In this document: one piece after another, positions 45,940-56,280 of the stretch
Layout: each line of letters begins with the position of its first letter
Position numbering within the stretch: position 1 is the first letter of the stretch
Source of the DNA: an uncultured Nitrososphaeraceae archaeon
Lineage (GTDB): Archaea > Thermoproteota > Nitrososphaeria > Nitrososphaerales > Nitrososphaeraceae
DNA: 64,000 bases
Direction: 5' to 3'
Assembly: GCA_963825865.1 (NCBI GenBank)
Contig: CAWGVG010000005.1
Span: 32,001 to 96,000 of the forward strand
Notes under the pieces: model-generated
The model's input: only the letters and a program-made list of their open reading frames with translations
Databases searched by the model: none
Told to the model about the DNA's origin: nothing
Position numbers and translations under genes: made by a program

Positions 45940-46506
45940 ATAGAGACAAGAGCAAGAAGGGTACTTTGCCCTGTCTGTGGTGAATACGGCTTTTTAACTA
46001 AAAGGTGGGTAGAAAGTAGCTACTATCCTAGGTTTGTTAGTTATGATATTATGATGATGGAAGAATATGCCAGAGGTTTAGAGAAACATCCAAATAATGT
46101 TGAATTAAAGAGGTCATATCAAGTCTGGAAGCAAACGATTAGAGGAAATGTATATCGTGGTGAATCCAAAAAATGTGTTGCGGACCTATCTCCAATAGTA
46201 GAACAAGATAAGGAAACGCTCTATAGGGTCACATATGGTAGATATAATCATTATTATATTGGCCATTATAGTTCTGAAAAATATCAACTACAGATGCAAG
46301 ATTACAAAATGCATAAGAGAAAGTCAAGGCCCAACGGAAGAAAGTGGTGTCATCTTCAGTCAGATAGTTGTCATTTGTATCCGAATCAGCCTTCAAGAAG
46401 AGAATTTTATCTTGATTCATTACCGAAGGGCTGTTTGATTGCATACTGTGACATAATAAAACACAGAATAAAGAAAGGTGACTATTGGTCACCCACTATC
46501 GATTAG
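45940..46506 (+). CDS. Divergent Zn-binding hypothetical protein
   Basis: Frame of the 46051 ORF is open upstream through LCPVCGEYGFL; later YYIGHY...KWCHL; start uncertain. Confidence 0.55.
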   Translation: METRARRVLCPVCGEYGFLTKRWVESSYYPRFVSYDIMMMEEYARGLEKHPNNVELKRSYQVWKQTIRGNVYRGESKKCVADLSPIVEQDKETLYRVTYGRYNHYYIGHYSSEKYQLQMQDYKMHKRKSRPNGRKWCHLQSDSCHLYPNQPSRREFYLDSLPKGCLIAYCDIIKHRIKKGDYWSPTID

Positions 46507-46580
46507 TTCTTTCTTCACCGACAACAGGTTTTAGAATCCCAGACGAAAACAATGATTGTGTTACGTTATTGAGTTGCTGC

Positions 46581-47915
46581 CTAATCTGTCGTCTTTGACA
46601 AACCTGCAATTAATTTCTCAAACATTGACTGCATACTGTTAAATCTTTCCTCCATTGCTCTAAATTTGATATCTTCAGCAGCCTTGATTTCATCAAAAGC
46701 AGATGGAACTAATGGATAACTACATTTAGAGCAATATTTGTTTTCTATTGCATTGACTAAACTACACCTAGGACAGTTCAGAACTGATGGTCTTTTCTCT
46801 ATCTGTTGTTCTGAAATAATACCATTCTCAACGAGTATCTTTTGCTTTAAATCATTTCCCATTCTTCTTTTAATATATCTAGCACCCTGTTTTGAATTCA
46901 TAGACCATCTGACCTTCTTCTTTAAAGCATACTCCGGAAGATAATCAGAATCGGCAGTAATTGCAGAATGCCTAATACAATACGGATTCCACTTCTTGGT
47001 TTTTAACAAATAATCAATTTTTTCCCTTTCATTTGTATCTTTTACTTCACCATTTTGCAATAGCCTAGTCATCCTCTTCCTTAATTCTTTCATCATATTC
47101 CACAATGCTTTCGGCTTTAATGGGGAACCGTTACGCAAGTTACAGATCAGTTTAGCGTTCGGTTCGTTTCTGAAAGGATGCTGATTCAGCCAGTCTCTCA
47201 CATAGGGAAACGAACATGTTAACAATACAGGACCTGCGCCTGTCTTTGCCTCATGGGGGATTTCTCCTTCTCCATACTTTTCCCTCAACCGGATATGTTT
47301 AATTTTCAGTAAGGTGATTTCATGCGGCCGTGCATCCAGATCCCACATTAAAGTTAATATCGCTTTATTTCTTGCGTAAGGTTCGTATTTAATCAGAGTT
47401 AATAGTTCGTCTCGCTCCCATAGTTCCGTTTCAGCATATGGACTAATGCGTTTAGTAGCTTTTTGCTTGATTTTAACAAAATCTGGAGTGCTCCACTCGC
47501 GTTCTGATAAGATCTCAGGTATATATACTTCAGAATGTGAGTATTTCTGCTTATGAGCATTATGTAACCACCTAAAAAAGAGTCTTATTCTATTTAGATA
47601 ATGATTCCACGTGGTAATCCATTTTTTATCTGGATCGTGTTGATCATCCTTGATCTTTGTATTTAGAAAAGATGTAATTTGGTCTTTCATGGTTATTTCG
47701 TAAAATCCTTCGGGTCCAAGGAATCGAGTAAAGTCGATAATTACCTTGAGATTATTAATTTGATGATTTTCCGAAGAACCCTTGTCTCGCATATATCTAT
47801 AGAAATCCATAATTATCGATGCATTGTTCCTATTGTGAAGAGAATCAACTTTACCTACCAGCGTAGAAAGTTTTATTGACATTGCTCTTCCTTCGTTTCT
47901 CCTTTTTAAATCCAA
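46581..47915 (-). CDS. Tyrosine recombinase/integrase with C-terminal Zn ribbon
   Basis: DLDARPHEI (R), KTG (K), PYCIRHS, VRWS, GARYIKR (Y); CPRC...CSKC; adjacent to the tRNA 3' end. Confidence 0.92.
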   Translation of the reverse strand: MDLKRRNEGRAMSIKLSTLVGKVDSLHNRNNASIIMDFYRYMRDKGSSENHQINNLKVIIDFTRFLGPEGFYEITMKDQITSFLNTKIKDDQHDPDKKWITTWNHYLNRIRLFFRWLHNAHKQKYSHSEVYIPEILSEREWSTPDFVKIKQKATKRISPYAETELWERDELLTLIKYEPYARNKAILTLMWDLDARPHEITLLKIKHIRLREKYGEGEIPHEAKTGAGPVLLTCSFPYVRDWLNQHPFRNEPNAKLICNLRNGSPLKPKALWNMMKELRKRMTRLLQNGEVKDTNEREKIDYLLKTKKWNPYCIRHSAITADSDYLPEYALKKKVRWSMNSKQGARYIKRRMGNDLKQKILVENGIISEQQIEKRPSVLNCPRCSLVNAIENKYCSKCSYPLVPSAFDEIKAAEDIKFRAMEERFNSMQSMFEKLIAGLSKTTD

Positions 47916-48036
47916 CTACGTTCCCGTGTAGCATCTGTATCTACAATCCCATCTTTTCTCAATATATGTTTACGAGCTTCTAGTTGCAAGACACCTATTA
48001 TAATTAAAGTTTCAGTATATGAATTCGTATACATAG

Positions 48037-48165
48037 TGCGGTCACCGGGATTTGAATTCCCGCTCAATCCCTTATATGGGATAGAGTCCCGGGTTACGGG
48101 CTGACCCCGCATTATATGTAAATGCATGGAAGGCCAGTGTCCTTACCAAACTAGACGATGACCGC
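48037..48165 (-). tRNA. tRNA-Gly(TCC) with two BHB/BHL introns
   Basis: Exons 48165-48127, 48102-48088 and 48056-48037 join into a cloverleaf GCGGTCA...TTCAAATCCCGGTGACCGCA; introns are 24 nt (37/38) and 31 nt (53/54); TTTAATA box upstream. Confidence 0.92.
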
Positions 48166-48235
48166 TGTCTACATACTAGCCGAGCATGAGATGGATATTA
48201 AATCTTAGCGATCTAATACGGAAATGAAGGAATAA

Positions 48236-48802
48236 TTATTTTTCTTCAGGGAAGATGTAGTTGAGCAGCATATCGATTGCCTTATCTTTTGCCTTTCTTT
48301 TGTAGTATTCTATGCTCTTTTTTGGAATGTCCAATGCCTTTTCTTTCTCAACTTCATCGACAGGTCGATGATCTAAAGCACCTTCAAATTGAACTCTATA
48401 TCCCTTTAACTTAGATGCTACCACAGAATCGTAAACATCCCTAAGCCAAACAGAACCGATAAAGTAAATATAAGGTGGATTAATATTGGGTTTAATAGCA
48501 TCTACTACATGGTCAAATGTCTGTTCCACATTTTCTGAAATATAGTCTATCGCAATTAATTTTTTTTCAATTCCTCCATTTACCAAATGTTTCCTTATGT
48601 TTTCAGCGGATTTTTCATTTGCAACAACTACGATCGCGGTTTTATGCTTATCAGGTTTTGACTGCATAATAATTCTAAAAGCATCCATACATACCTTTAC
48701 TCGCTCCTTTATATAATCAGGTAACATTCCATCCATTGATTTTCCTGTGTGTATAGCATAAAGTATGATCAGATTTCCGTCCGTAAAGTGGTATTCAGAC
48801 AT
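48236..48802 (-). CDS. Hypothetical protein (YdcF/DUF218-like fold possible)
   Basis: Intact 188-aa ORF; ERV, L...GI....I.ID..SEN..QTF pattern. Confidence 0.6.
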   Translation of the reverse strand: MSEYHFTDGNLIILYAIHTGKSMDGMLPDYIKERVKVCMDAFRIIMQSKPDKHKTAIVVVANEKSAENIRKHLVNGGIEKKLIAIDYISENVEQTFDHVVDAIKPNINPPYIYFIGSVWLRDVYDSVVASKLKGYRVQFEGALDHRPVDEVEKEKALDIPKKSIEYYKRKAKDKAIDMLLNYIFPEEK

Positions 48803-48967
48803 AAATGTCCATGGTAGATCATCACAGGTTCACATATATAGATTCACTGAAGATAAAATATTGTTTCTGTCTGTGGATTACCGGAAAATAATAATGAGTG
48901 GTTTTAACTCGAAGCTATTTGCAAATCATAGATTATAGGAGGAATGCGATATTTAAGGGAAGATAGA

Positions 48968-49303
48968 CTACCAAGATGTCACTTTTTTTGGAGCAGATAA
49001 TAGTCTTTCCAGTTCATCTAATCTCTGTACATTCTCTGGATTGATACGCAACTCTGAGAAAGATTTGTCAAGCCTAATTTTATGCATGACTGCCAAAACT
49101 TCTTCTATACTTACACCATGTTTTATATCGTATTCTATCTGTTTGGCGCAACTTGAGATGGTACTATACTTTTTAAAATTACGTTTTTCGAATGCCGACG
49201 CATCAGGAGAAATACCTTTTATATAACGGATAATAACTTTTTCAACATGTTCTAAATGCCAATCCTTCATTGCAAAATTATTGGATTTCATAAATACTCT
49301 CAA
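48968..49303 (-). CDS. Hypothetical protein
   Basis: Intact 111-aa ORF, F.MKDWHLEH.EKVI.RYIKG. Confidence 0.65.
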   Translation of the reverse strand: MRVFMKSNNFAMKDWHLEHVEKVIIRYIKGISPDASAFEKRNFKKYSTISSCAKQIEYDIKHGVSIEEVLAVMHKIRLDKSFSELRINPENVQRLDELERLLSAPKKVTSW

Positions 49304-49900
49304 CTTCCTTTACAAAAAATGGATATTTAAATTGATATATGCAAAGGATATGTTATCGAAAAAGATGCATAAGGGTTTCAATTCAAGACTGCAAGCATTA
49401 TATGTAATATTCTCATAGTATTTTTAAATCAATGATATTTTACGCCGCAGATGAGATATGGCTTTGTTATAAAAAATGCAATGGCATTGATCTTCAAAGC
49501 CGATAAGAGTAAATCATTGGAACATACAGATAAACATGCATATCTATCTAAATATGCTTTATCTCTGTCGGTGTGTATGGAACTCAAGTAAATATTATAT
49601 CCCGAATCAGTTTGAAATATTTTAAAAAAGTGCAAACTATTGATGAACGTTAAGATTATAATAAACTCAATATTTTATTTGAAAAATAGTCTGAATTAAG
49701 AATTTGTCGTAAAACCTTTAACAAATTATATAAAATACAATCAGTATAATAGTTTGCATAAGAGTCAAAATGCAAAAACGATGTAACTAACGTAGCAGGT
49801 GATCGTTCTTTACCTCTAAATAATAAAAAATTAAATTTTCAGTCTTTAAGTAAATAAAATAATATAGAAATCATTTTACTACTCTCATCGCTAATAATAA

Positions 49901-50386
49901 TTATCCTCGTATTGCCTGCCCAAAGTTTATTTTCACTTTGAGTTCATTTGAAATCGGCATTGTCTTGTCGGCATTCGTAAATTGCACAACTGCTGTTACA
50001 TTTTGTACCTTGTTCTCCAAATTGGTTGCAAGCGTCTCTGTACCAGAGCTATTAGCAGTAAACCCTCCTTTAAATGAAGATGTTTTTATCAAAGTTCCAT
50101 TAAGAATATATACTCTCATCAAAGCATTTACGGTTTGATTTACAATTGAAGGGTCAGAAACAGTATAATTTACACGTACTTTGATCTGGTGTGTCTGGTT
50201 GGAAGTTGTAGAGGCGAAATGAGCATTATCTAAGGTCAGGAAAACTTGATTTGCTGGGGGATCCGCAGATATATTATGCAATAATGCTGATGGCAATATA
50301 GTTAGATCTAATATTGCAAATGTCATTGCCATTGTAAACAAAAGAATTGTTCGGAAAAACAAAGTGCTTTCCTTAATTTTGTTCAT
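49901..50386 (-). CDS. Secreted beta-sandwich protein
   Basis: Signal peptide; QIKVRVNYTV.D...NALMRVY..NGTLIKTSSF. Confidence 0.65.
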   Translation of the reverse strand: MNKIKESTLFFRTILLFTMAMTFAILDLTILPSALLHNISADPPANQVFLTLDNAHFASTTSNQTHQIKVRVNYTVSDPSIVNQTVNALMRVYILNGTLIKTSSFKGGFTANSSGTETLATNLENKVQNVTAVVQFTNADKTMPISNELKVKINFGQAIRG

Positions 50387-50682
50387 TACAACATTTCATC
50401 TCCCCAATAGCATAAAGACAATACAATTTGAGTGTTTTGACAATTTTATAAAAGAAGGTTAGAGGTCATAGTATAACGTCAGTTAATATATATATATATA
50501 TATATATATATTCACAATTAGGAAGAAGAAAAAGCGGAGGAAAATAGAATAGATTTATGAATCCATAATACATCGGTCATTAGACAGATAAACATCTACG
50601 AACTAAAAACGGGATTTGCTCTTCAACTCTCATATTCAAAAGTACAATTAGGGCGAAATGCATAGTAAATATGGAGTAATTC

Positions 50683-51733
50683 TGCATTGGTGCATAATTC
50701 GACCATACTATGTGACATCGGTTTCACAATCTATTTTTTTCTACAACGAACATAGTGTATAACGATGCTTTTAGCATCATTTCCTTGACTATGTTTGGAA
50801 ATTTCTTTGCAGATACATATACTCTACAAACATCCTTTTCAAGTAAGAGAAAATGCTGTTTCAGCAGCCGTCCATCGAGATCCACATCTAACTTTAGCCT
50901 TCCATTTTTCAAAATTCTTTTGCTACTGCCTGCTGATGCTGCAGTACGACTATTTTTTTCGTGGATGGCAACAAACTATTGATCTATCATATGTAGAGTT
51001 TTTTCCTTACCTTGATTGAAGCTTCAATATCGTTATCGGAAAGATATTGAAAATTCTCTTTACTATCATCATATGCTCCATCTGCAATTACTCTTTTCAG
51101 AGTATTATTATTTTCTGAAGCATTATCTATCATTTTTTTTCTTTAACCTACTACCGTCATCTACCTCTTCGCTTGTAACATCGAGTGAAACAATTTTCTT
51201 TTTCCTGATATCTATAGCTACTACATGTATTTTCAGGTAACCTTTTTTTCTTACATTCCATTTATGAGGCAGCCACTCTCCTCTGTTAGTTACCTTTATT
51301 CCAGCACTATCTAATACTATGACAATATCATTTCTCTATTCTTTCATTAATTTTGATATCCAGTTGGTTTACTCGTCTGTTTATTGTACTGTAATCTGGA
51401 ATGGATGATGGTGCTATCTCACCTGCATGTGCTCTTACTACATCTAATCTGTCTATAAGGTAGGTAGATGAAAGTATACTCGCATATAACCAACTAATTG
51501 AACGAATGAATCGGGGTATCATTATGATGCACCTTCTTTACTATCATATCCATCCTATTTAGCTCACTATTCCAATTGTCAATGACATCAAAATCGAGTA
51601 TACTATTTCACCACCTCTTGCCAGTGATTCGTTATAGATACACCAGTTAACCACTAGACAACACCATAGTATGTAAGCTAAATGCGAATAGGTCAAACGA
51701 TATCAACAGAACAGCAAGTTATGCAACAATGAA
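50683..51733 (-). mobile_element. Decayed IS5-family (IS903-group) element
   Basis: 9-bp target duplication GAGTAATTC at 50674-50682 and 51734-51742; TIRs TGCATTGGTGCATAA / TTATGCAACAATGAA; transposase remnants YNESLARGG, PDYSTINRR, LDSAGIKVTNRGEW. Confidence 0.85.
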
Positions 51734-52204
51734 GAGTAATTCCATCGCTATCCACACGGGATGATTACTAGGCAACTGCAGTTTAGATTGCTTTTATTCA
51801 TGAACATAACAGTATAAGACATAGATTTAACAAGTACACAACGGCTAATGCGACTAAACGAAGTATCCATGGCAGATAGCACTATCAGTTATTAGTGTCT
51901 GTTGTTTTTTTGTCAGTCTTATATGTGCACATTACCAGCTCATACTCCGGTACAGCAGTGTAATACCAATCATCCTTTTTTTATTTATTGTCTATTTTAT
52001 CATATTTATATACAAAGAATTAATATGTTGAGCTAATCAATCGCATAGTTGTTGGATTCAAGGAAAAGTACATGGACTTTTCGAAGAATAACGGGGCCAT
52101 TTCGTAACTCACTATTAGAAATCTAATATGTTTTCTACTGTAAAAATAAAACAGAATCAAATTATAAACCCTGATACTCTAATGGAATAAAGGTATATAT
52201 TAAA

Positions 52205-53171
52205 ATGGATTATATCGAAGGACATCTAGAATCAATAAGCAATAATGGCTTGTTGTGGATAGATATCCAAAAACCTACTCGCGATAAGATGATTATGCTT
52301 GCACAGAAGTATACCTTACATGAACTAAATGTTGAAGACTGTCTATCCAAGATTCAACTCCCTAAAATAGACAGACACGAGGACTATGTATTCATTATAC
52401 TTCATTTTCCTACTATAGAGAAAGACAAAAGCTTAGCTAGATTCAGCCAATTATCAATATTTGTAGGAATGAACTATCTAGTAACAGTGCATCAAGGAGA
52501 TCTTAAACCCATAATGGAGATGTTTCAGCTCTGTAAGCAAACTGATAAACAACGCCAAGCTGTTATGGGCAAGTCCCCTGGTTACTTACTCCATAGCATC
52601 ATCGATGTATTGGTAGACGATCTTCTACACATATTAATGAAAGTAGTAGGTAACCTTGACGATATAGAGGATTCAGTATTTGATGATAGAAAATCAGACG
52701 CCAAGACAATTTCTCTTTTAAGAAGAGAGATAACAACCCTTCGACGTATCGTTATTCCACTTAGAAGAACAGTATTGGAGATGACCAAAGACATACAGAA
52801 GTTCTCTGAAGAAGACCTTCGGCCATATTTTGCTGATGTAGAGGACCATATTGAAAAGATTTTGGAAACATTGGAAGAATCAAAAGAGACTATAGAAATC
52901 TACAAGGATACAGACTTTATGCTCAGTACCTGAAAAATCTAATAAAATTCTTGCAGTTCTCACAATCCTCTTCACTCTTTCTATTCCAGCTACAACAATA
53001 GCTACCATCTATGGAATGAATATTGAATTGCCGGGGTCTATTGGTCATCCTTGGACATTCCTCGGTCAGTATACGACCTTGATCTTGGTATTGCTAGCAT
53101 CCATAATATTAGCTTTATTGATAATCGGGTACTTTCGTCGTCTTGGATGGATTTCTCGACCTGTCTCGTAG
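52205..53171 (+). CDS. corA: CorA Mg2+/Co2+ transporter, frameshifted near 52930
   Basis: LWIDI..P, LHELNVEDC..KIQLPKID, YFADVEDH; GMN motif and two TM helices in the next frame. Confidence 0.88.
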
Positions 53172-53532
53172 GAACCCTACAAGCTTAAGGTCAAGTATCA
53201 CAGTATACTCTATCAGAAGATCTGCCAGATAGGGCACACGAGGTTCGGAAGCTTTGGATAAAACTGGTATGTTACAATAAACGTAAAATATCAATATGCG
53301 AAGTTTCGTGTTAATACTGACATATAAGAAGGTACATACCTTTAATCAGTTCAATACCCTACCTGAAGAATTGGTTAAAAATATCTACATCGCAAACCTA
53401 TCTTTTCTTATCGCAATTCTGTTGGGAGAAGCTTTGAATTTTAAATATCCCCCTACGTTTGTCTAATTTACTACAAGTTATCTAAAATATAGCTTTTATT
53501 ATAGATGTATCGAAGATATGTCATCGTGAGGT

Positions 53533-53808
53533 TTGTGTTATATGGTTAATCTGTTTAAGCGGTGGAAACCAAAAGGGAAAATGTATAGTCTAAGATGTTC
53601 CCAATGTGAATCTGGTTTTCTCTGTAGCTTTAATCTTGATGCACCAATCTGCGGGAAGTGTTTACAAAAGGCAAAATCTTTGGATTCTACTATAGATCAT
53701 GAGAAGAAATGTATTAAATGTGGCAAGACTGGAGTGATATATGGCAAACAACATTGCTATCCTTGTTACTTTGGATTTGAAAAAAATAGTAGTCAATTCA
53801 TCTTATAA
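53533..53808 (+). CDS. Small multi-CxxC Zn-finger protein
   Basis: CSQC, CGKC, CIKC, CYPC. Confidence 0.55.
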   Translation: MCYMVNLFKRWKPKGKMYSLRCSQCESGFLCSFNLDAPICGKCLQKAKSLDSTIDHEKKCIKCGKTGVIYGKQHCYPCYFGFEKNSSQFIL

Positions 53809-54006
53809 CGTTGTTGTGTATCTAAGAATTCCTCAACAGACAAAGGTTATGAGAATCTGCCAATGATTTATTGTGTGAATGAAAATCTAAAAAATACATC
53901 TTTCTAACTAGACATGTTTTTCAGACACTTATCACATTGAGTCACTAAAATACTGGAGAATTTTATGTTAAATCATATTGTTTTAAATTAACAGGAGTAA
54001 TGAATG

Positions 54007-54149
54007 TGGGGCCGAAGGGATCTATTCTGACACGGTTTGTAACCGTAGTCAATTGAACCCTTGATCCACGGGTTTCTTCTTGGTCTAATAACTAGCCCTC
54101 ATTTTTTAGATCTGGAGCCCGTTGCGATGCCTGGCTTCGCTACGACCCC
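54007..54149 (-). tRNA. tRNA-Trp(CCA) with two introns
   Basis: Exons 54149-54112, 54073-54053 and 54021-54007 give GGGGTCG...CTCCAGA...TTCAAATCCCTTCGGCCCCA; introns are 38 nt (37/38) and 31 nt (58/59, clear BHB). Confidence 0.9.
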
Positions 54150-54936
54150 CGTATAGCAACGCGTTAAGGATATCTGCGAATATGTGTATAAGTCTTGCTC
54201 TGAGTAAATTATAGCTCATTTAACATCTATTAACCTTGAGCTCATTTGAGTAATTGTTGCCCTCGGCCCTTAGCACAATAGTACCTTTATTCGTATCTAT
54301 AAGATGTGTGGATACCCGACCAAATTTATAGATGTTACAAAGGTAAATATAGTTTGAGTGGAATTTAGTCAAGAAGATGATCAAATTATAATTCCTGAAA
54401 TTAATATTAAGTCATGCCCTAGATGTAAACTAAATAATATAGTAAATATAAGACATAATAAATAAATAAATAAAAATATTCAAAGATTCTGTTACAATGA
54501 CTGTAGTAAATGGTTCTTTATAAATCTCGACTTTGGAAAGACATATGTCTCTCCCAGAGGTTACTTCTTCAATGTGGATATAATTTACTGGCGAATCATT
54601 AGAAATGTTCATGTTTTTCGTTAAATTATATAATAATATTTGTCAAGTTACCAAAATACAACTTATAATGACAAAACTAGACAAGCAACTTCGTAGAATA
54701 CAATCGTAGACGCAGATTATTCATCTAATAGGTTTAGCGAAACAATAGCAGATATTATTAACGATGTCATAGAAGAAAAATATCCAACAATTTTAAAGCT
54801 TTTTAATCTGACGAAGACTTGACAAAACCCTTGTATTAAACACCATATTTAACATACCTGGGCTATTAGTTAATTCAACAGTAACAAAGGGGATTTAACC
54901 ATCAACTTAAATACAAGAAAAAAACAATCAACGTCG

Positions 54937-55812
54937 ATGACAGGAGAGACTCAGCTGCGCGCAAGGCGTACAAGAATCAGAATTCTAAGAGCTATTGCTG
55001 AAAGAGATGGTTCAGCAGGTTTCTCAGATATCAGAAATGCTACTGGTCTTTCTACTGGTTCAATCTACTACCATTTAGAGAGAATGCAGAATTACGTTAC
55101 CAAGGATTCTAAGCATTATATAATTACAGAAAAAGGCTTACAATTGCTGCATGAAATTGATGGTAGGTATCCTTCTTCCCCTGCTCGAAAAAAAGACGAA
55201 GGATCATCAATTACGGGGAGCGTTCAATCCGAAGGAACAATAATAAGGCAAAGCAGTCGTTTGGGACAATTTATTCGTGAATATACATTTATTTCAGTAA
55301 TTGCGGGTGTTATGATCTTCATAGCCGTTGAACTATTTGTAAACTCTAATATAATTTTCCCTAGCATAGCTACCGTTGGAAAGATAATTGCTAATGCGAG
55401 CTTAATATCTTCACTTTCAATCACTGCACTTCTTTCCGTTTCATTTTTATTGATGTTAAAAAGGCAAATGCTTCTCCCGGGATATAGAGGAATAATGCTA
55501 TCTGTATTAACAGTACTATCGGTTTTATTGGTTAACATTCTAATCTTTTCTAGTCTTGGGGCACACGTAGGAGCAAGTTCAAGTATAACTACCGTTGGAA
55601 AGATAATTGCTAATGCGAGCTTAATATCTTCACTTTCAATCACTGCACTTCTTTCCGTTTCATTTTTATTGATGTTAAAAAGGCAAATGCTTCTCCCGGG
55701 ATATAGAGGAATAATGCTATCTGTATTAACAGTACTATCGGTTTTATTGGTTAACATTCTAATCTTTTCTAGTCTTGGGGCACACATAGGAGTAACATCA
55801 GCAACATTCTAA
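54937..55812 (+). CDS. Membrane-anchored wHTH (ArsR-like) regulator with internal 219-bp tandem duplication
   Basis: TRIRILRAI...GFSDIRNATGLSTGSIYYHL...YIITEKG; 55370-55566 is identical to 55589-55785. Confidence 0.8.
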   Translation: MTGETQLRARRTRIRILRAIAERDGSAGFSDIRNATGLSTGSIYYHLERMQNYVTKDSKHYIITEKGLQLLHEIDGRYPSSPARKKDEGSSITGSVQSEGTIIRQSSRLGQFIREYTFISVIAGVMIFIAVELFVNSNIIFPSIATVGKIIANASLISSLSITALLSVSFLLMLKRQMLLPGYRGIMLSVLTVLSVLLVNILIFSSLGAHVGASSSITTVGKIIANASLISSLSITALLSVSFLLMLKRQMLLPGYRGIMLSVLTVLSVLLVNILIFSSLGAHIGVTSATF

Positions 55813-55965
55813 TCTTTTCTAGTATCTACCACAATATAGGTTTCAGACCTAAGGCGTTTCTCCATTATAATGCTAGAAAGCGTTGCAAATTCCTCTTTTG
55901 GTCTAATAAATAATAACACTATTTGCTCGATTCCTTTTTATGACCTTTCCGTGTCATTTCATATT

Positions 55966-56232
55966 ATGAAATATAGGAGCAGAACTGACATAGCCGCATT
56001 GATTCTGGAAGCTGCGAACGGTGGGGCAGCCAAGACAAAAATAATGTATAGAGCATTTCTGTCTTATGCACAGCTGAAAGAATATCTGGCTGTGTTACTA
56101 GAAAACGGCTTGATAGAGTATAAAGAGGGGAATCAAATTTTTAAAATAACTGAAAAGGGCATACATTTCCTACAATTATATAGCCAAGTTGGAGAATTAA
56201 TTTCTGCTAATAATGAAATAGGTAAGATATAA
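55966..56232 (+). CDS. Small archaeal winged-helix regulator
   Basis: MKYRSRTDIAALILEAANGGAAKTKIMYRAFLSYAQLKEYL...FKITEKG. Confidence 0.88.
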   Translation: MKYRSRTDIAALILEAANGGAAKTKIMYRAFLSYAQLKEYLAVLLENGLIEYKEGNQIFKITEKGIHFLQLYSQVGELISANNEIGKI

Positions 56233-56280
56233 AAACTCCTTAATCGATTAGAATAGTAATCACCTAATTATCGGGGAGTG

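Larger units (their letters stand above)
33850..48036. mobile_element. Integrated element at tRNA-Gly (left boundary uncertain)
   Basis: Integrase abutting the tRNA 3' end, followed by co-oriented Zn-finger, Toprim and helicase genes; no capsid or conjugation genes recognised; no att duplicate found by eye. Confidence 0.7.

Noticed and set aside
50486-50511. (TA)n and other microsatellites (also ~16372 ATTG repeats, ~57482)
   Set aside because: Ordinary low-complexity tracts in AT-rich intergenic DNA with no supporting context.
54074-54111. C/D-box guide RNA in the tRNA-Trp intron
   Set aside because: Only 38 nt long with no CTGA D box.
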